This document shows positions 26,034 to 35,318 of a stretch of 48,790 nucleotides of DNA, one piece after another. Position 1 is the stretch's first letter, and each line of letters opens with the position of its first letter. This stretch comes from Acidobacteriota bacterium (GTDB taxonomy: Bacteria > Acidobacteriota > Polarisedimenticolia > Gp22-AA2 > AA152): the NCBI GenBank assembly GCA_022616665.1, contig JAKEFJ010000048.1:1-48790 (forward strand). Reading direction: 5' to 3'. The position numbers and the translations under genes were made by a program. The notes below the pieces were generated by a model. The model had not been told where the DNA came from and ran no database searches. It saw nothing but the letters and a program-made list of their open reading frames with translations.

Positions 26034-26775
26034 TGGAACCGGGCCCCTGATGAGCCAGACGGCATTCGTCCAGGCTCTCGATCTGGACTTTAGCTTCGGG
26101 CAACGACGAATCCTTCAAGGACTCTCCCTCAATCTTCAGCGGGGCGAGGCTCTGGCCCTCTTCGGACCCAACGGTGCGGGCAAAACCACGCTCCTGCGCC
26201 TCCTCGCGACGCTTTTGCAGCCCTCGAAGGGCGAGGCGTTCGTGGACGGAATCCCTCTCGCGCGCCGCAGCGAGCGGGCAAAAGCGCGCCGACGGATCGG
26301 TTTCCTCTCCCACCAGAGCATGCTCTACGAGCGCCTGACCGCCCGTGACAACCTTCGCTTCTATGCGCGGATGTATGGCGTCGAGGATCCTGAGCGCCGG
26401 TGCGCGGAGCTTTTCGAACAGGTGGAGCTGGAGGGGCGCGAGGACGATCCGGTGGAGGAGTATTCCCGCGGCATGCAGCAGCGCCTGGCCCTGGCCCGGG
26501 CGTTGGTTCACGACCCCGATCTGGTCCTGCTGGACGAGCCCTTTTCCGGCTTGGACCCCAGGGCCACTCTTCGTCTCGGCACTCTGCTGGCGGATCTGGC
26601 TCGGCGTGGCAAGGCCGTCCTGTTCACGTCTCACGATCTGGAGGCGGGGCTCTCGATGGCCCACCGGGTCGCCATTCTCTGGGGCGGCACGCTGGCCTAC
26701 GAGGCCCGCCGGGAGGAGCTTACCCTGGACATGCTGGCGCGCGTCTACTCCTCGCTCGCAGAACGAGTCGCCTGA
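26017..26775 (+). CDS. ccmA: Heme export ABC ATPase CcmA
   Basis: GPNGAGKTT, YSRGMQQR and LLDEPF; sits in the ccm operon. Start may be 26050. Confidence 0.92.
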   Translation: MSAPPDGTGPLMSQTAFVQALDLDFSFGQRRILQGLSLNLQRGEALALFGPNGAGKTTLLRLLATLLQPSKGEAFVDGIPLARRSERAKARRRIGFLSHQSMLYERLTARDNLRFYARMYGVEDPERRCAELFEQVELEGREDDPVEEYSRGMQQRLALARALVHDPDLVLLDEPFSGLDPRATLRLGTLLADLARRGKAVLFTSHDLEAGLSMAHRVAILWGGTLAYEARREELTLDMLARVYSSLAERVA

Positions 26776-26785
26776 GGGCCACTCT

Positions 26786-27469
26786 TTGCGCGTTCGCTCT
26801 GCCACTCTGACCATTTGCGGAAAGGACCTTCGGCAGGAGCTCCGAACGCGTGAGAGCTTTACCTCGACCTTCTTCTTCTCACTCCTGGTGCAGATCGTCT
26901 TCAGTTTTTCCTTCGACTTCCAGAAACTGGGGCTGGGATTCGAGGACGTAGGGGCAGGAATCCTCTGGATCACCCTGACCTTCTCCGCCATCCTGAGCCT
27001 GCAGAATTCCTTCCTCATCGAGAGGGAGAGGAATTGCCTCGCGGGACTGGCGCTGTGTCCCTGCGATCCCAGCGCGGTGTTCCTGGGAAAGTTTCTGGCC
27101 AATTCACTGTTCGTCCTGGCGGTCCAGGTCCTGATTCTCCCCCTATCCAGTCTCTTCTTCGGCTATGATCTCCTGCGCGTCCTGCCCGGCCTCTGTCTGG
27201 TCGTGACGGTGAATGCGGTCGGCTTTTCCGCCCTGGGAACTCTGTTCGCGGCCATCTCGGTCCGCACGCGGAGAAGCGAGTTGCTGCTGCCGCTCCTGCT
27301 CCTGCCCGCGGCGACTCCGGTGGTGATCTGGGGCGTGAAGGCCACTCGGCTCTGCCTCTCCGGCCGGCCGCTGGACAGTTACGGCTATCTGGTTGCTCTC
27401 TCGGCCTGCTTTGGAGTTATTTTCACCGTGGCCGGTGTGCTGCTGTTCGACTTCGTAATGGAAGAGTGA
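26786..27469 (+). CDS. ccmB: Heme exporter membrane subunit CcmB
   Basis: KDLRQELRTRE, GILW, FLGKFLAN and LLLPLLLLP. TTG 26786 with SD GAGG. Confidence 0.92.
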   Translation: MRVRSATLTICGKDLRQELRTRESFTSTFFFSLLVQIVFSFSFDFQKLGLGFEDVGAGILWITLTFSAILSLQNSFLIERERNCLAGLALCPCDPSAVFLGKFLANSLFVLAVQVLILPLSSLFFGYDLLRVLPGLCLVVTVNAVGFSALGTLFAAISVRTRRSELLLPLLLLPAATPVVIWGVKATRLCLSGRPLDSYGYLVALSACFGVIFTVAGVLLFDFVMEE

Positions 27470-28185
27470 TGAGGTCTGCCGTGGAAAAGACTGAGAAGTT
27501 GCTGCGAGGCTTGGAGCTGGTCCTGTTTCTCCTCGTGGCGGCGCTGATGATCCTCAGTCTCTATTGCGTCTTCCGGGTGGTGCCCAACGAAGTGACGATG
27601 GGCGCCGTGCAGCGGATTTTCTACTTCCACGTTCCCTCCGCCTGGGTGGCATTCCTGGGCTTCTTCATCGTCTTCGTCGCCAGCATCTTTTATCTCGTCA
27701 CCCGCCGCCTGCTCTGGGACGTGGTGGCCCACGCCGCGGCGGAACTGGGGGTTCTCTTCTGCGCCATCGTGCTGTTCACGGGCCCGATCTGGGCACGGCC
27801 GGTGTGGGGAACCTGGTGGACCTGGGAAGCCCGCCTCACCACCACCCTGGTGCTGGAAATGGTCTTCGTGGCATACCTGGTTCTGCGGACCCAGGCGGAA
27901 AGCCGGGCCCAGGCGGCACGCCTTTCGGCGGTGGTGGGCATTGTGGGGTTTCTGGATGTCCCCATCATCTATTATTCGGTGCACCTCTGGCGCGGACACC
28001 ACCCGATCGTCTTCAAGTCCAGCGGCGGGCAAGGGCTGGATCCGATCATGCTCAAGACTTTCATGCTCTGCATGACCACTTTCACCCTCCTCTTCCTCCT
28101 CCTCCTGGCCATGCGCATCCGGCTGGGACTCCTTCAGGAGTCCCTGGCGGAGCTCAAGGAGCAGGGCTCCATACCGGGAGCATAA
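27466..28185 (+). CDS. ccmC: Heme exporter CcmC
   Basis: RIFYFHVPSAW and GPIWARPVWGTWWTWEARLT (WWD-like), with the conserved His in GHHP. Confidence 0.95.
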   Translation: MMRSAVEKTEKLLRGLELVLFLLVAALMILSLYCVFRVVPNEVTMGAVQRIFYFHVPSAWVAFLGFFIVFVASIFYLVTRRLLWDVVAHAAAELGVLFCAIVLFTGPIWARPVWGTWWTWEARLTTTLVLEMVFVAYLVLRTQAESRAQAARLSAVVGIVGFLDVPIIYYSVHLWRGHHPIVFKSSGGQGLDPIMLKTFMLCMTTFTLLFLLLLAMRIRLGLLQESLAELKEQGSIPGA

Positions 28186-28186
28186 G

Positions 28187-28336
28187 ATGAAGAATTTGAA
28201 CTACCTTTTCTGGGCCTACACCCTCATCTGGATCGTCTTGGCCGGCTATTTGCTGAGCCTCTCCATCCGGCTCAGGGCCATCGGCTCCCAGCTCCGCCGC
28301 CTCAAGTCGCGCCTTCCCGGGGGAAATGAGGGTTAA
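28187..28336 (+). CDS. ccmD: CcmD-family small membrane protein (49 aa)
   Basis: Below the ORF-track cutoff: MKNLNYLFWAYTLIWIVLAGYLLSLSIRLRAIGSQLRRLKSRLPGGNEG. Single TM, basic tail, 1 nt after ccmC, SD GGAG. Confidence 0.88.
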   Translation: MKNLNYLFWAYTLIWIVLAGYLLSLSIRLRAIGSQLRRLKSRLPGGNEG

Positions 28337-28398
28337 GAGGCACTAAACCTTTCTCCCCGTTCTCTCGTTTATAGAGACATCGGGATCGTCCCCGGGGT

Positions 28399-28764
28399 GT
28401 GTCAATGGGAGGCTCCTTGAGCGGCGGATCGAAATTCCTGACCTTCTGCCTGGTTTCGGGCATCTTCCTTTACTCTCTCTGTTCCGACTTGCTGACGCCT
28501 CGGGAAGCTATCGCCGGCGGAGAGGCCACTTGGGCCACGATCCGGATCTCCGAGCCCCATGGCTGCCCGCGGAGGACCCAGCTGCGAATTCCCGTGGGGC
28601 TGGTGGATTTTCTCGCCAGCCACAGCCAGAGCGAGCCAATGTTCGAGGTCGACGGGGAAATTCTCGATGCTCGGGAGGCCTGGAGGAAAGTCAGGCGTTT
28701 GCCGCCGGGCCATTCCCTCCAGCTTCAAGTCGAAGACGGGAGTATTGAAGTCGAGCTGAATTGA
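28399..28764 (+). CDS. Hypothetical exported or membrane-anchored protein
   Basis: Hydrophobic N-terminus plus a small soluble domain (QLRIPVGLVDFL..VEDGSIEVELN). Start may be TTG 28417. Confidence 0.55.
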   Translation: MSMGGSLSGGSKFLTFCLVSGIFLYSLCSDLLTPREAIAGGEATWATIRISEPHGCPRRTQLRIPVGLVDFLASHSQSEPMFEVDGEILDAREAWRKVRRLPPGHSLQLQVEDGSIEVELN

Positions 28765-28806
28765 CAGCGGCGCATTCTTTTCCTTCCACTTCCCCCCCAC
28801 CTGCTG

Positions 28807-28884
28807 TGAGCGCGCGCCGCTGAGGGGAGGGATCCTCCGGCTCTCAACCGGAGGATCCCTCCCAAGCAAGCTTCTCAGCGCTCA
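28807..28884. repeat. Long GC-rich palindrome (REP-like element or structured RNA)
   Basis: Perfect 16-bp stem GGGAGGGATCCTCCGG (28825-28840) / CCGGAGGATCCCTCCC (28848-28863), extended by CGCTGAG/CTCAGCG and TGAG/CTCA. Confidence 0.75.
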
Positions 28885-28941
28885 GTGGCTCAGGTATCAT
28901 TCGGCCTGAGCGGTGCCAGGAATCGATTTCGAGGTGGCAGA

Positions 28942-29481
28942 TTGCCAGAGCGAGTCAGGGCCGTCGCGGTTTTCGGGAGCAGCGAGCCCGTGGCGGGAGA
29001 GGCCCTGTACGAAGAGGCGAGACGTGTGGGCGACCTCCTGGCCCGCTCCGGTTTCAGCGTGGTCAGCGGGGGTTACGGTGGTGTCATGGAGGGCGCCAGC
29101 CGCGGCGCCCGGGAAGCGGGTGGGCACTGCATCGGTGTCACCACCAGCGTCTTGCGTCGGGGGGCGGGCAATCCCTTCCTCAGCGAGGAGCAGCGGGAGC
29201 CTGATCTGTTTCTGAGGACCCGGCGTTTGATAGAGCTTTCCGACGCCTATATAATCCTGCGCGGAAAATCCGGAACCCTGGCCGAGCTGATGTTCCTCTG
29301 GGCCCTCAATCGGGGCGGCCTCCTCCCCTCCACCCGCATCATCTTGCTGGGGGACTTTTGGGAGGAAATCCTCGGCTCCCTGCAAAACCTGAATATGGTC
29401 GAAACCGATCAGATGGCAATCACGCGGATGGTGCGCACTCCTGAGCAGGCGGTTGAGCAGATCGCCTCCTTCTTTCGATGA
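28942..29481 (+). CDS. LOG/DprA-like Rossmann protein (nucleotide monophosphate nucleosidase family)
   Basis: VAVFGSS, SGGYGGVMEGASRGA and GKSGTLAE. TTG 28942 with SD GAGG; the ORF track start is 28885. Confidence 0.85.
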   Translation: MPERVRAVAVFGSSEPVAGEALYEEARRVGDLLARSGFSVVSGGYGGVMEGASRGAREAGGHCIGVTTSVLRRGAGNPFLSEEQREPDLFLRTRRLIELSDAYIILRGKSGTLAELMFLWALNRGGLLPSTRIILLGDFWEEILGSLQNLNMVETDQMAITRMVRTPEQAVEQIASFFR

Positions 29482-30179
29482 GCGAAATCTCGACCTCCCC
29501 TCCCCCCTCTCCCCCCGCCAAGGGGATTATCCGGGATTATCTGGAAACCATCATCACCTGCGTCATCTTCGTCATCTTCGCCCGAACGTTCGTCTTCCAG
29601 CAGTCCAAGATTCCCACCGGGTCCATGATCCCGACGCTGCTCATCGGGGACTACATCATGGTCAACAAACATGTTTACGCTCCCACCAGCTTCGAGTGGG
29701 AGAAGAAGCTGTTCCCCATTCGCGAGATTCGTCACAGGGACATCGTCGTCTTCAAGTATCCCGACGAGCCGGAGAAGGATTACATCAAGCGAATCATCGG
29801 CCTTCCCGGCGACGTGATTGAGATCAAGCGCCGACAGCTGTACGTGAACGGCGTGCTGCAGAACGAGCCGTACGTCCAGCACATCTACCCCATGGGGACC
29901 AACCTGGACGCCGACGACTACCCACCCACGAAGATTCCGCCGGACCGCTATTTCGCCATGGGGGACAATCGGGACAACAGCCGGGACAGCCGCGCTTGGG
30001 GCCTCGTGCCCAGGGACTACGTGAAGGGTCGCGCCTTCGTCATTTTCTGGTCTTACGAGGAGGAGCGGGACGCCTACCTGCGCACCGGCCTGGCCGACCG
30101 GGCCACCGCCATCTGGTCCAAGATCACCCACCTGTTCACCCGCACTCGCTGGAGCCGGTCGCTCAACCTGATCCGCTGA
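29478..30179 (+). CDS. lepB: Signal peptidase I
   Basis: IPTGSMIPTL (catalytic Ser), YIKRIIGLPGD (Lys) and GDNRDNSRDSR. Confidence 0.97.
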   Translation: MSEISTSPPPSPPAKGIIRDYLETIITCVIFVIFARTFVFQQSKIPTGSMIPTLLIGDYIMVNKHVYAPTSFEWEKKLFPIREIRHRDIVVFKYPDEPEKDYIKRIIGLPGDVIEIKRRQLYVNGVLQNEPYVQHIYPMGTNLDADDYPPTKIPPDRYFAMGDNRDNSRDSRAWGLVPRDYVKGRAFVIFWSYEEERDAYLRTGLADRATAIWSKITHLFTRTRWSRSLNLIR

Positions 30180-30194
30180 GCCTGTCCGGTCCGT

Positions 30195-31784
30195 TCACTC
30201 GAATCGCGGCAGATCCTCGGCCGGCGAGGGGGCCTTGGATTCCAGGTGCCTGCGCCACGCCTCGCGCCGCATCGGGTAATCGGAGCGGTAGTGAGCGCCG
30301 CGGCTCTCCTCCCGATCCAGTGCCGACCGGCACACCAACCTTCCCAGGATGATCAGGTTTCGCGTTTCGACTCCCTCACGGCGAATCGGCTCGGCGTTCA
30401 GGGAGGCCTCCCAGGCACCGATGTATTGAAGGGCCGAAGCGAGGCCCCCCGCCTCGCGGCGGATTCCTGCCTGCATCCACATGATCCCCGCGAGAGCGGA
30501 GGCGATTTCCTGGGATTCACCCGTCGGCAAGGCACGCAGAGGAACCACATTCTGCCGGGATGCCCGCACCTCCGCTCCCTTCACCCAAGCTAACATGATC
30601 CCAGCCGCTCGAGCGCCGAAGACGACTCCTTCCAGCAGCGAGTTGCTGGCCAATCGGTTGGCCCCATGGACCCCCGTGCAGGCCACTTCCCCGGCGGCGA
30701 GAAGCCCGGGAACGCTGGTGCGGCCGAAGAGATCCGTCCGGACTCCCCCCATGAAATAGTGGGCGCTGGGATGCACCGGCACCCGATCCCGGGCGAGATC
30801 GAACCCGAAGCGCAGGCAGGTATCGTAAATGCGAGGGAACCGCGCACGCAGAGCCGAGGGGTCGCGCCCCGTCAGGTCCAGATAGACGCAAGCATCCCCC
30901 GTGCGCTCCATTTCTTGAATGATGCCGCGCGTGACGGCGTCCCTGGGAGCCAGCTCCCCATCGGGGTGGTAGCGCGCCATGAATCGTCCCCCTTCCCCGT
31001 TGCGCAGAACCGCACCCTCCCCTCGCAGAGCTTCCGACAAAAGAAAACGCGGCGCCCCGGGAGCGAACAGTGTGGTGGGGTGAAACTGGACGAATTCCAG
31101 ATCCGCCATCACGGCCCCAGCGCGGTAGGCCATGGCCATCCCGTCTCCCGTGGCTTGTGGCGGATTGGTGGTTTCGCGGTAAAGACGCCCCGCTCCCCCG
31201 CTGGCCAGAAGCACCGCGGGCGCCCGGGCCAGCCAGACCTCCCGGCTGCGCTCGTCCAGCAGAAGCAGTCCAGCACACCGCTCCCCCTCCAAGACCAGGT
31301 CCACCGAAAAGGTCCGGCTGAAGAAGCTCAGAGAGGGAAACTGCCGGGCTCGAGCGAGAAGCGAGCGCACGATTTCCATTCCGGTGGAGTCCCCCTGCGC
31401 GTGCAAGACTCGCCTTCTGCTGTGAGCTCCCTCCTGGGCGAAGGCCAGTCGCGTCCCTTCCCGGTCGAATCGAGTGCCCCATTCGATAAGCTCCTGGATT
31501 CGCTCCGGCCCTTCTTCCACCAGCACCCGGACCGCTTCCTCATCGCAAAGGCCGTCCCCGGCGATGAGGGTGTCTTGCAGGTGAAGCTCGACACGATCCT
31601 CCTCGGAAACCGCCGCGGCGATTCCACCCTGGGCATACCCGGTGTTGCTGTCCGTGGGATCGTCCTTGGTGACCAAAGCGACACGGGTCCCGGATTCCGC
31701 CAATCCTATTGCGGCCCTGAGCCCGGCGATGCCGCTTCCGACGATGAGGGCATCGAAAGAGAGGGATTTTTCGATTCTTTGCAT
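30195..31784 (-). CDS. nadB: L-aspartate oxidase
   Basis: GSGIAGL, YAQGGIAA, EGAHSRRRVLH, EFVQFHPT, HYFMGGV and GVHGANRLASNSLLE. Confidence 0.95.
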   Translation of the reverse strand: MQRIEKSLSFDALIVGSGIAGLRAAIGLAESGTRVALVTKDDPTDSNTGYAQGGIAAAVSEEDRVELHLQDTLIAGDGLCDEEAVRVLVEEGPERIQELIEWGTRFDREGTRLAFAQEGAHSRRRVLHAQGDSTGMEIVRSLLARARQFPSLSFFSRTFSVDLVLEGERCAGLLLLDERSREVWLARAPAVLLASGGAGRLYRETTNPPQATGDGMAMAYRAGAVMADLEFVQFHPTTLFAPGAPRFLLSEALRGEGAVLRNGEGGRFMARYHPDGELAPRDAVTRGIIQEMERTGDACVYLDLTGRDPSALRARFPRIYDTCLRFGFDLARDRVPVHPSAHYFMGGVRTDLFGRTSVPGLLAAGEVACTGVHGANRLASNSLLEGVVFGARAAGIMLAWVKGAEVRASRQNVVPLRALPTGESQEIASALAGIMWMQAGIRREAGGLASALQYIGAWEASLNAEPIRREGVETRNLIILGRLVCRSALDREESRGAHYRSDYPMRREAWRRHLESKAPSPAEDLPRFE

Positions 31785-31900
31785 GCCGGAAGAGGCTCCT
31801 TTCCGAGGGCTCGGCGGGAGGGTGATTTTATCACGGTGGAGCTCTCAGAACTCACTGTACTCTCGATAGTTAACCCGAGCAGCTCGGCGAATCTGGATGG

Positions 31901-31929
31901 TTGACACCCCCTGGAGGCGACACTATACT
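31901..31929 (+). promoter_or_regulatory. Sigma70-like promoter TTGACA-N17-TATACT
   Basis: Near-consensus; ~70 nt upstream of ATG 32002. Confidence 0.75.
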
Positions 31930-32001
31930 CTCCACGTCTTGAGCGTATTTCCTCCACTACCGCCTCGGCGGCCCCGACTCCATCCCAAGGATGGCCTGTC
32001 G

Positions 32002-33858
32002 ATGGAACCGGTGAAAAACTCAGGCACGCTCTCCGAAATCTCCTGCCCTCGGCTTTTGGCGTATCTGCATCGGACACGATTTGACGGCACGCTGCGAATC
32101 TCTCGCGGGGCGCTTCTGAAGCTCCTCTACTTCCAGGCGGGTGAGATCGCCATGGCCTCCTCCAATGATCAGGGAGACCACCTGGCTCCCATTCTGATTC
32201 GGGCTGGTAAGCTGAAGCCGGAACAGATGGATCTCGCCCGCAAGTCGACCAAGCCGGGCACTTCCCTCGCCCGCATCTTGGTCCAGATGGGATTCCTCAC
32301 CAGCGGAGAGTTGTTCGCCGGGGCGCGCCAGCAGCTGCGCCAGATCGTCGGCAGCCTCATGGGACTGACCGACGCCGCTTACGAGATTCAGGGAGGGTAT
32401 TTTCCCAGGGAGATAACTTCCCTGAACGTGGATACGCGGGAGATGTTCCTGGATCTCATTCGCGACCTTTCCGACCGCAGCTTCGTCTTGCTGGAAGTCG
32501 GAGCGCCCGACACGATCTATGTTCCCGCAAAGGATTCGCTGAATGGATCCGATGGCCCCCGACTGCCCCGAGCATGGAAGGATCACGCCGAGCGCTTCTC
32601 GTCTCCTCTCGCCATCCATGAGTTCGGACAAATGTCGAGCCTCGATGATTTTTCCGCCAGCAAAGTGGTGTACGGCCTGTCACTGTTCGGCTGTGTGGCG
32701 CCGCACCGGCACGAAGAGAGCACCCCGGAAACGGCAACGATGAAGCCTGCCTCCGAGCCCGCCGCACATCCCGAGCCGGTGCCGTCGGTGGAGATTGTCG
32801 ACGCGGAGGATTCCGATGCTTCCCCGCAAGAAGCTTCTCCGGAGCTCTCCCGGGACGCTGAAATGACTCCTGCGGAGCCGGAGGTGGAACCGATTCCCTC
32901 TTTCCGCGAGAGATTCCACTCCGTCAAGCCAACCGAGGAGCACCCCCAACCGACACCGGAGCCGCCACCCCCGCCTCCAATTGCCCAGCCGCCGCTCCCG
33001 TCACTCATGAATTCCCCGCAACCGGCTCCGGCGTCTTCTGCCGGGGTGGACAGAGTCTCCGATGGGGAGCCGATTCGGCTGGAGTTCAAAGGTCCGTTCG
33101 CCGATCGGCTCCCGCCGGTGAAACCCTCCCGACCGTGGGCGGCAGCCTCGATCCTGGGGGGGGTTGTACTTCTGGCATTGACCTCCTACTGGTTTATCTT
33201 CCTCCGGGCTCCCGGAGCGGCGCCCGCCCCCGCGCCCCCGGCACAGGAGGTTCCCTCCAGCGAAACGACGGGCGAGGATTCCACGGCAAGTGGAGCCGTG
33301 GAAGAGGACAATTCAGCTGCCCCGGTGGCGAGCGCGGCAGGAGAAACGGCCGAGGCTGACCAACTGGAGTCACCCCCGTCGCCGCCGTCGGAAGCCTCCT
33401 CCGCGACAGCCCAGGCGCCTGCGCCCCTTGCTCGCGTGCAGGCAAATCCTGAATCGCCCATGCAACCGTCGCCGCCTGGGGTCGCTTCCTCTCCGATTCC
33501 TGCGGGATTTCGCGCCGCCCGCTCCCGCCTGGATGCCGGGGAGTACGCCTCGGCCGCACAGAGCTGGGCCGGAGGCTTCGGCGCCCAGGCTGATCGGTCC
33601 TTCACGATACAAATCGCCATCGCCTGCCGGCAGGAGACTCTCCAGAAGGCCGCCCGTCGGACGCCGGACTCCAACCAGTTCTTCGTCCTTCCTTTTTCAT
33701 TGGGGGGCCGTCCTTGCTACCGACTCTGCTGGGGGGTCTACGAGAGCCTGGATTCGGCGCAATCATCCAAGTCGTCGGTTCCCGCCTTCTTTCTTGACGA
33801 GGGGGGGCAGCCGGTGGTGGTGAGCCTGCATAAGGCGCTCGCAACGGAGGGACGCTGA
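32002..33858 (+). CDS. DUF4388 (PATAN-like) domain + Pro/Glu-rich linker + TM + SPOR-like C-terminal domain
   Basis: SGTLSEISCPRLL..GTLRI..LYFQAGEI..ASSN; TM AAASILGGVVLLALTSYWFIFL; FTIQIAIAC..CYRLCWGVYESLDSA. Confidence 0.75.
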   Translation: MEPVKNSGTLSEISCPRLLAYLHRTRFDGTLRISRGALLKLLYFQAGEIAMASSNDQGDHLAPILIRAGKLKPEQMDLARKSTKPGTSLARILVQMGFLTSGELFAGARQQLRQIVGSLMGLTDAAYEIQGGYFPREITSLNVDTREMFLDLIRDLSDRSFVLLEVGAPDTIYVPAKDSLNGSDGPRLPRAWKDHAERFSSPLAIHEFGQMSSLDDFSASKVVYGLSLFGCVAPHRHEESTPETATMKPASEPAAHPEPVPSVEIVDAEDSDASPQEASPELSRDAEMTPAEPEVEPIPSFRERFHSVKPTEEHPQPTPEPPPPPPIAQPPLPSLMNSPQPAPASSAGVDRVSDGEPIRLEFKGPFADRLPPVKPSRPWAAASILGGVVLLALTSYWFIFLRAPGAAPAPAPPAQEVPSSETTGEDSTASGAVEEDNSAAPVASAAGETAEADQLESPPSPPSEASSATAQAPAPLARVQANPESPMQPSPPGVASSPIPAGFRAARSRLDAGEYASAAQSWAGGFGAQADRSFTIQIAIACRQETLQKAARRTPDSNQFFVLPFSLGGRPCYRLCWGVYESLDSAQSSKSSVPAFFLDEGGQPVVVSLHKALATEGR

Positions 33859-33859
33859 C

Positions 33860-35317
33860 GTGTCGAGACGGTCTCGCGTCGGATGGCTCGTTGCCGTTTT
33901 GGCCACCGGGACCGTTGCCGCCGACGTGCTCCATCTGAAGGACGGGCGGAGCATCCCCGTGGAGTCGTGGGAATTCAAAGGCGATAGCATCGTGTTCGAG
34001 ATCCCCGCGGGAAGCGTGACCATCCCTCGCTCCCTTCTGGAGCGCGTGGAGGTGACGACCCCGCTTGCCACGAAGGTGGCGACTCCCTCCGAGAACTCCC
34101 CGGCGCCTCCCTCCGGCAAATCCCCCGCCGCCTCTCGTCCCGCCCCACCGTCGGCACCCAAGACCTCAACCATCCCCGAGAAGCCGCCAGCCGACTGGTC
34201 GCGCCTCTCGGAAGACGCCAAGGAGCGGGAGCTCGAGAAAATGAAGCGAGCGCTCAGGGACAATCCGCGGCAGCGTGAAGAGATCTCACGGCAGCTGGCG
34301 CTGGGGCTGTCGGATCTGGCGGCACGCTGGGCGAACCAGGGCGATCTGGCCGCCGCCCAGACCCGCTTCGGCGAAGCGCTGTCTTACGATCCCCACTGCC
34401 TGCCCGCCGTTATAGGTCTTTCGAGCGTCTACCTGAAGCAGGGGAAGGACTCTTATGCCCGAGCCCAGATCGAGGAGGGTCTGGTTTTCTTCCCGAAGGA
34501 CCCCACGCTCCACTACCTGCTGGGGGAAGTCCATTACGTGCAGGAGAATCTCCGGGACGCCATCTCCGAGTGGGAGACTTCCCTGTCTCTCAAGAGCGAT
34601 CCCCGCGTGACGGCGCGACTGGAGAAGGCCCGCCGGGAATTTGCGGTGGATGAGGGTTATCAGAGGAAGGACACGGCTCACTTCACTTTCCGCTATGAGG
34701 AGTCAGGCTCCATCCCCGAGAGCCTCGCGGCATCGCTTCGAAGTTACCTGGAGGATGAGTACGGCGAGCTTTGCGATCGATTTCAATTCGTGCCACCCGG
34801 CCCGCTGGTTGTGATTCTCTATCCCTCCCGCGATTTCCATCAGGTTACCCAGGAGCCGGCTACGGTGGCGGGCCTCTTCGACGGCAAGATCCGGATTCCG
34901 CTGGGGGGAGTCAAGACGCTGAACCCTCCTTTGCGAGCCGTGCTGGTCCACGAATTGACGCACGCCTTTGTTTTTGGCAAGAGCGGGGGGAATTGTCCCC
35001 GCTGGCTGCAGGAAGGCCTCGCGCAGCTACAGGAGGGGAAATCTCCCTCTCCGGCGGAGGAGCGTTCCCTGGTCCGGGACCTGGCCGCTTCCGAAGGGCG
35101 ATCCTGGTATGACGAATTCAGCTATGCCTCGTCCTTGTCCTTCACGCGCTACCTGTCGGAGCGATACCCTTTCCAGATTTTCCTGGAGGCGCTGGATCGG
35201 ATGAAGACGGGGGGATCCGCCGAGGAGGCCTTGCAGGAGAGTACCCGGGAAGACTTCGCCCAGCTGCAGAAAAGCTGGTTGGATCAACTGGTGCGTCAAT
35301 TCGCCGAGGGACACTGA
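33860..35317 (+). CDS. Exported TPR-containing peptidase MA-like zinc metallopeptidase
   Basis: Signal peptide, TPR helices, VLVHELTHA (HExxH) and PRWLQEGLA. Confidence 0.85.
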   Translation: MSRRSRVGWLVAVLATGTVAADVLHLKDGRSIPVESWEFKGDSIVFEIPAGSVTIPRSLLERVEVTTPLATKVATPSENSPAPPSGKSPAASRPAPPSAPKTSTIPEKPPADWSRLSEDAKERELEKMKRALRDNPRQREEISRQLALGLSDLAARWANQGDLAAAQTRFGEALSYDPHCLPAVIGLSSVYLKQGKDSYARAQIEEGLVFFPKDPTLHYLLGEVHYVQENLRDAISEWETSLSLKSDPRVTARLEKARREFAVDEGYQRKDTAHFTFRYEESGSIPESLAASLRSYLEDEYGELCDRFQFVPPGPLVVILYPSRDFHQVTQEPATVAGLFDGKIRIPLGGVKTLNPPLRAVLVHELTHAFVFGKSGGNCPRWLQEGLAQLQEGKSPSPAEERSLVRDLAASEGRSWYDEFSYASSLSFTRYLSERYPFQIFLEALDRMKTGGSAEEALQESTREDFAQLQKSWLDQLVRQFAEGH

Positions 35318-35318
35318 G

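Noticed and set aside
32700-33500. Pro/Ala/Glu-rich stretches as tandem repeats or a CRISPR-like array
   Set aside because: Low-complexity protein linkers without regular nucleotide repeats; no repeat-spacer periodicity was seen anywhere in the window.
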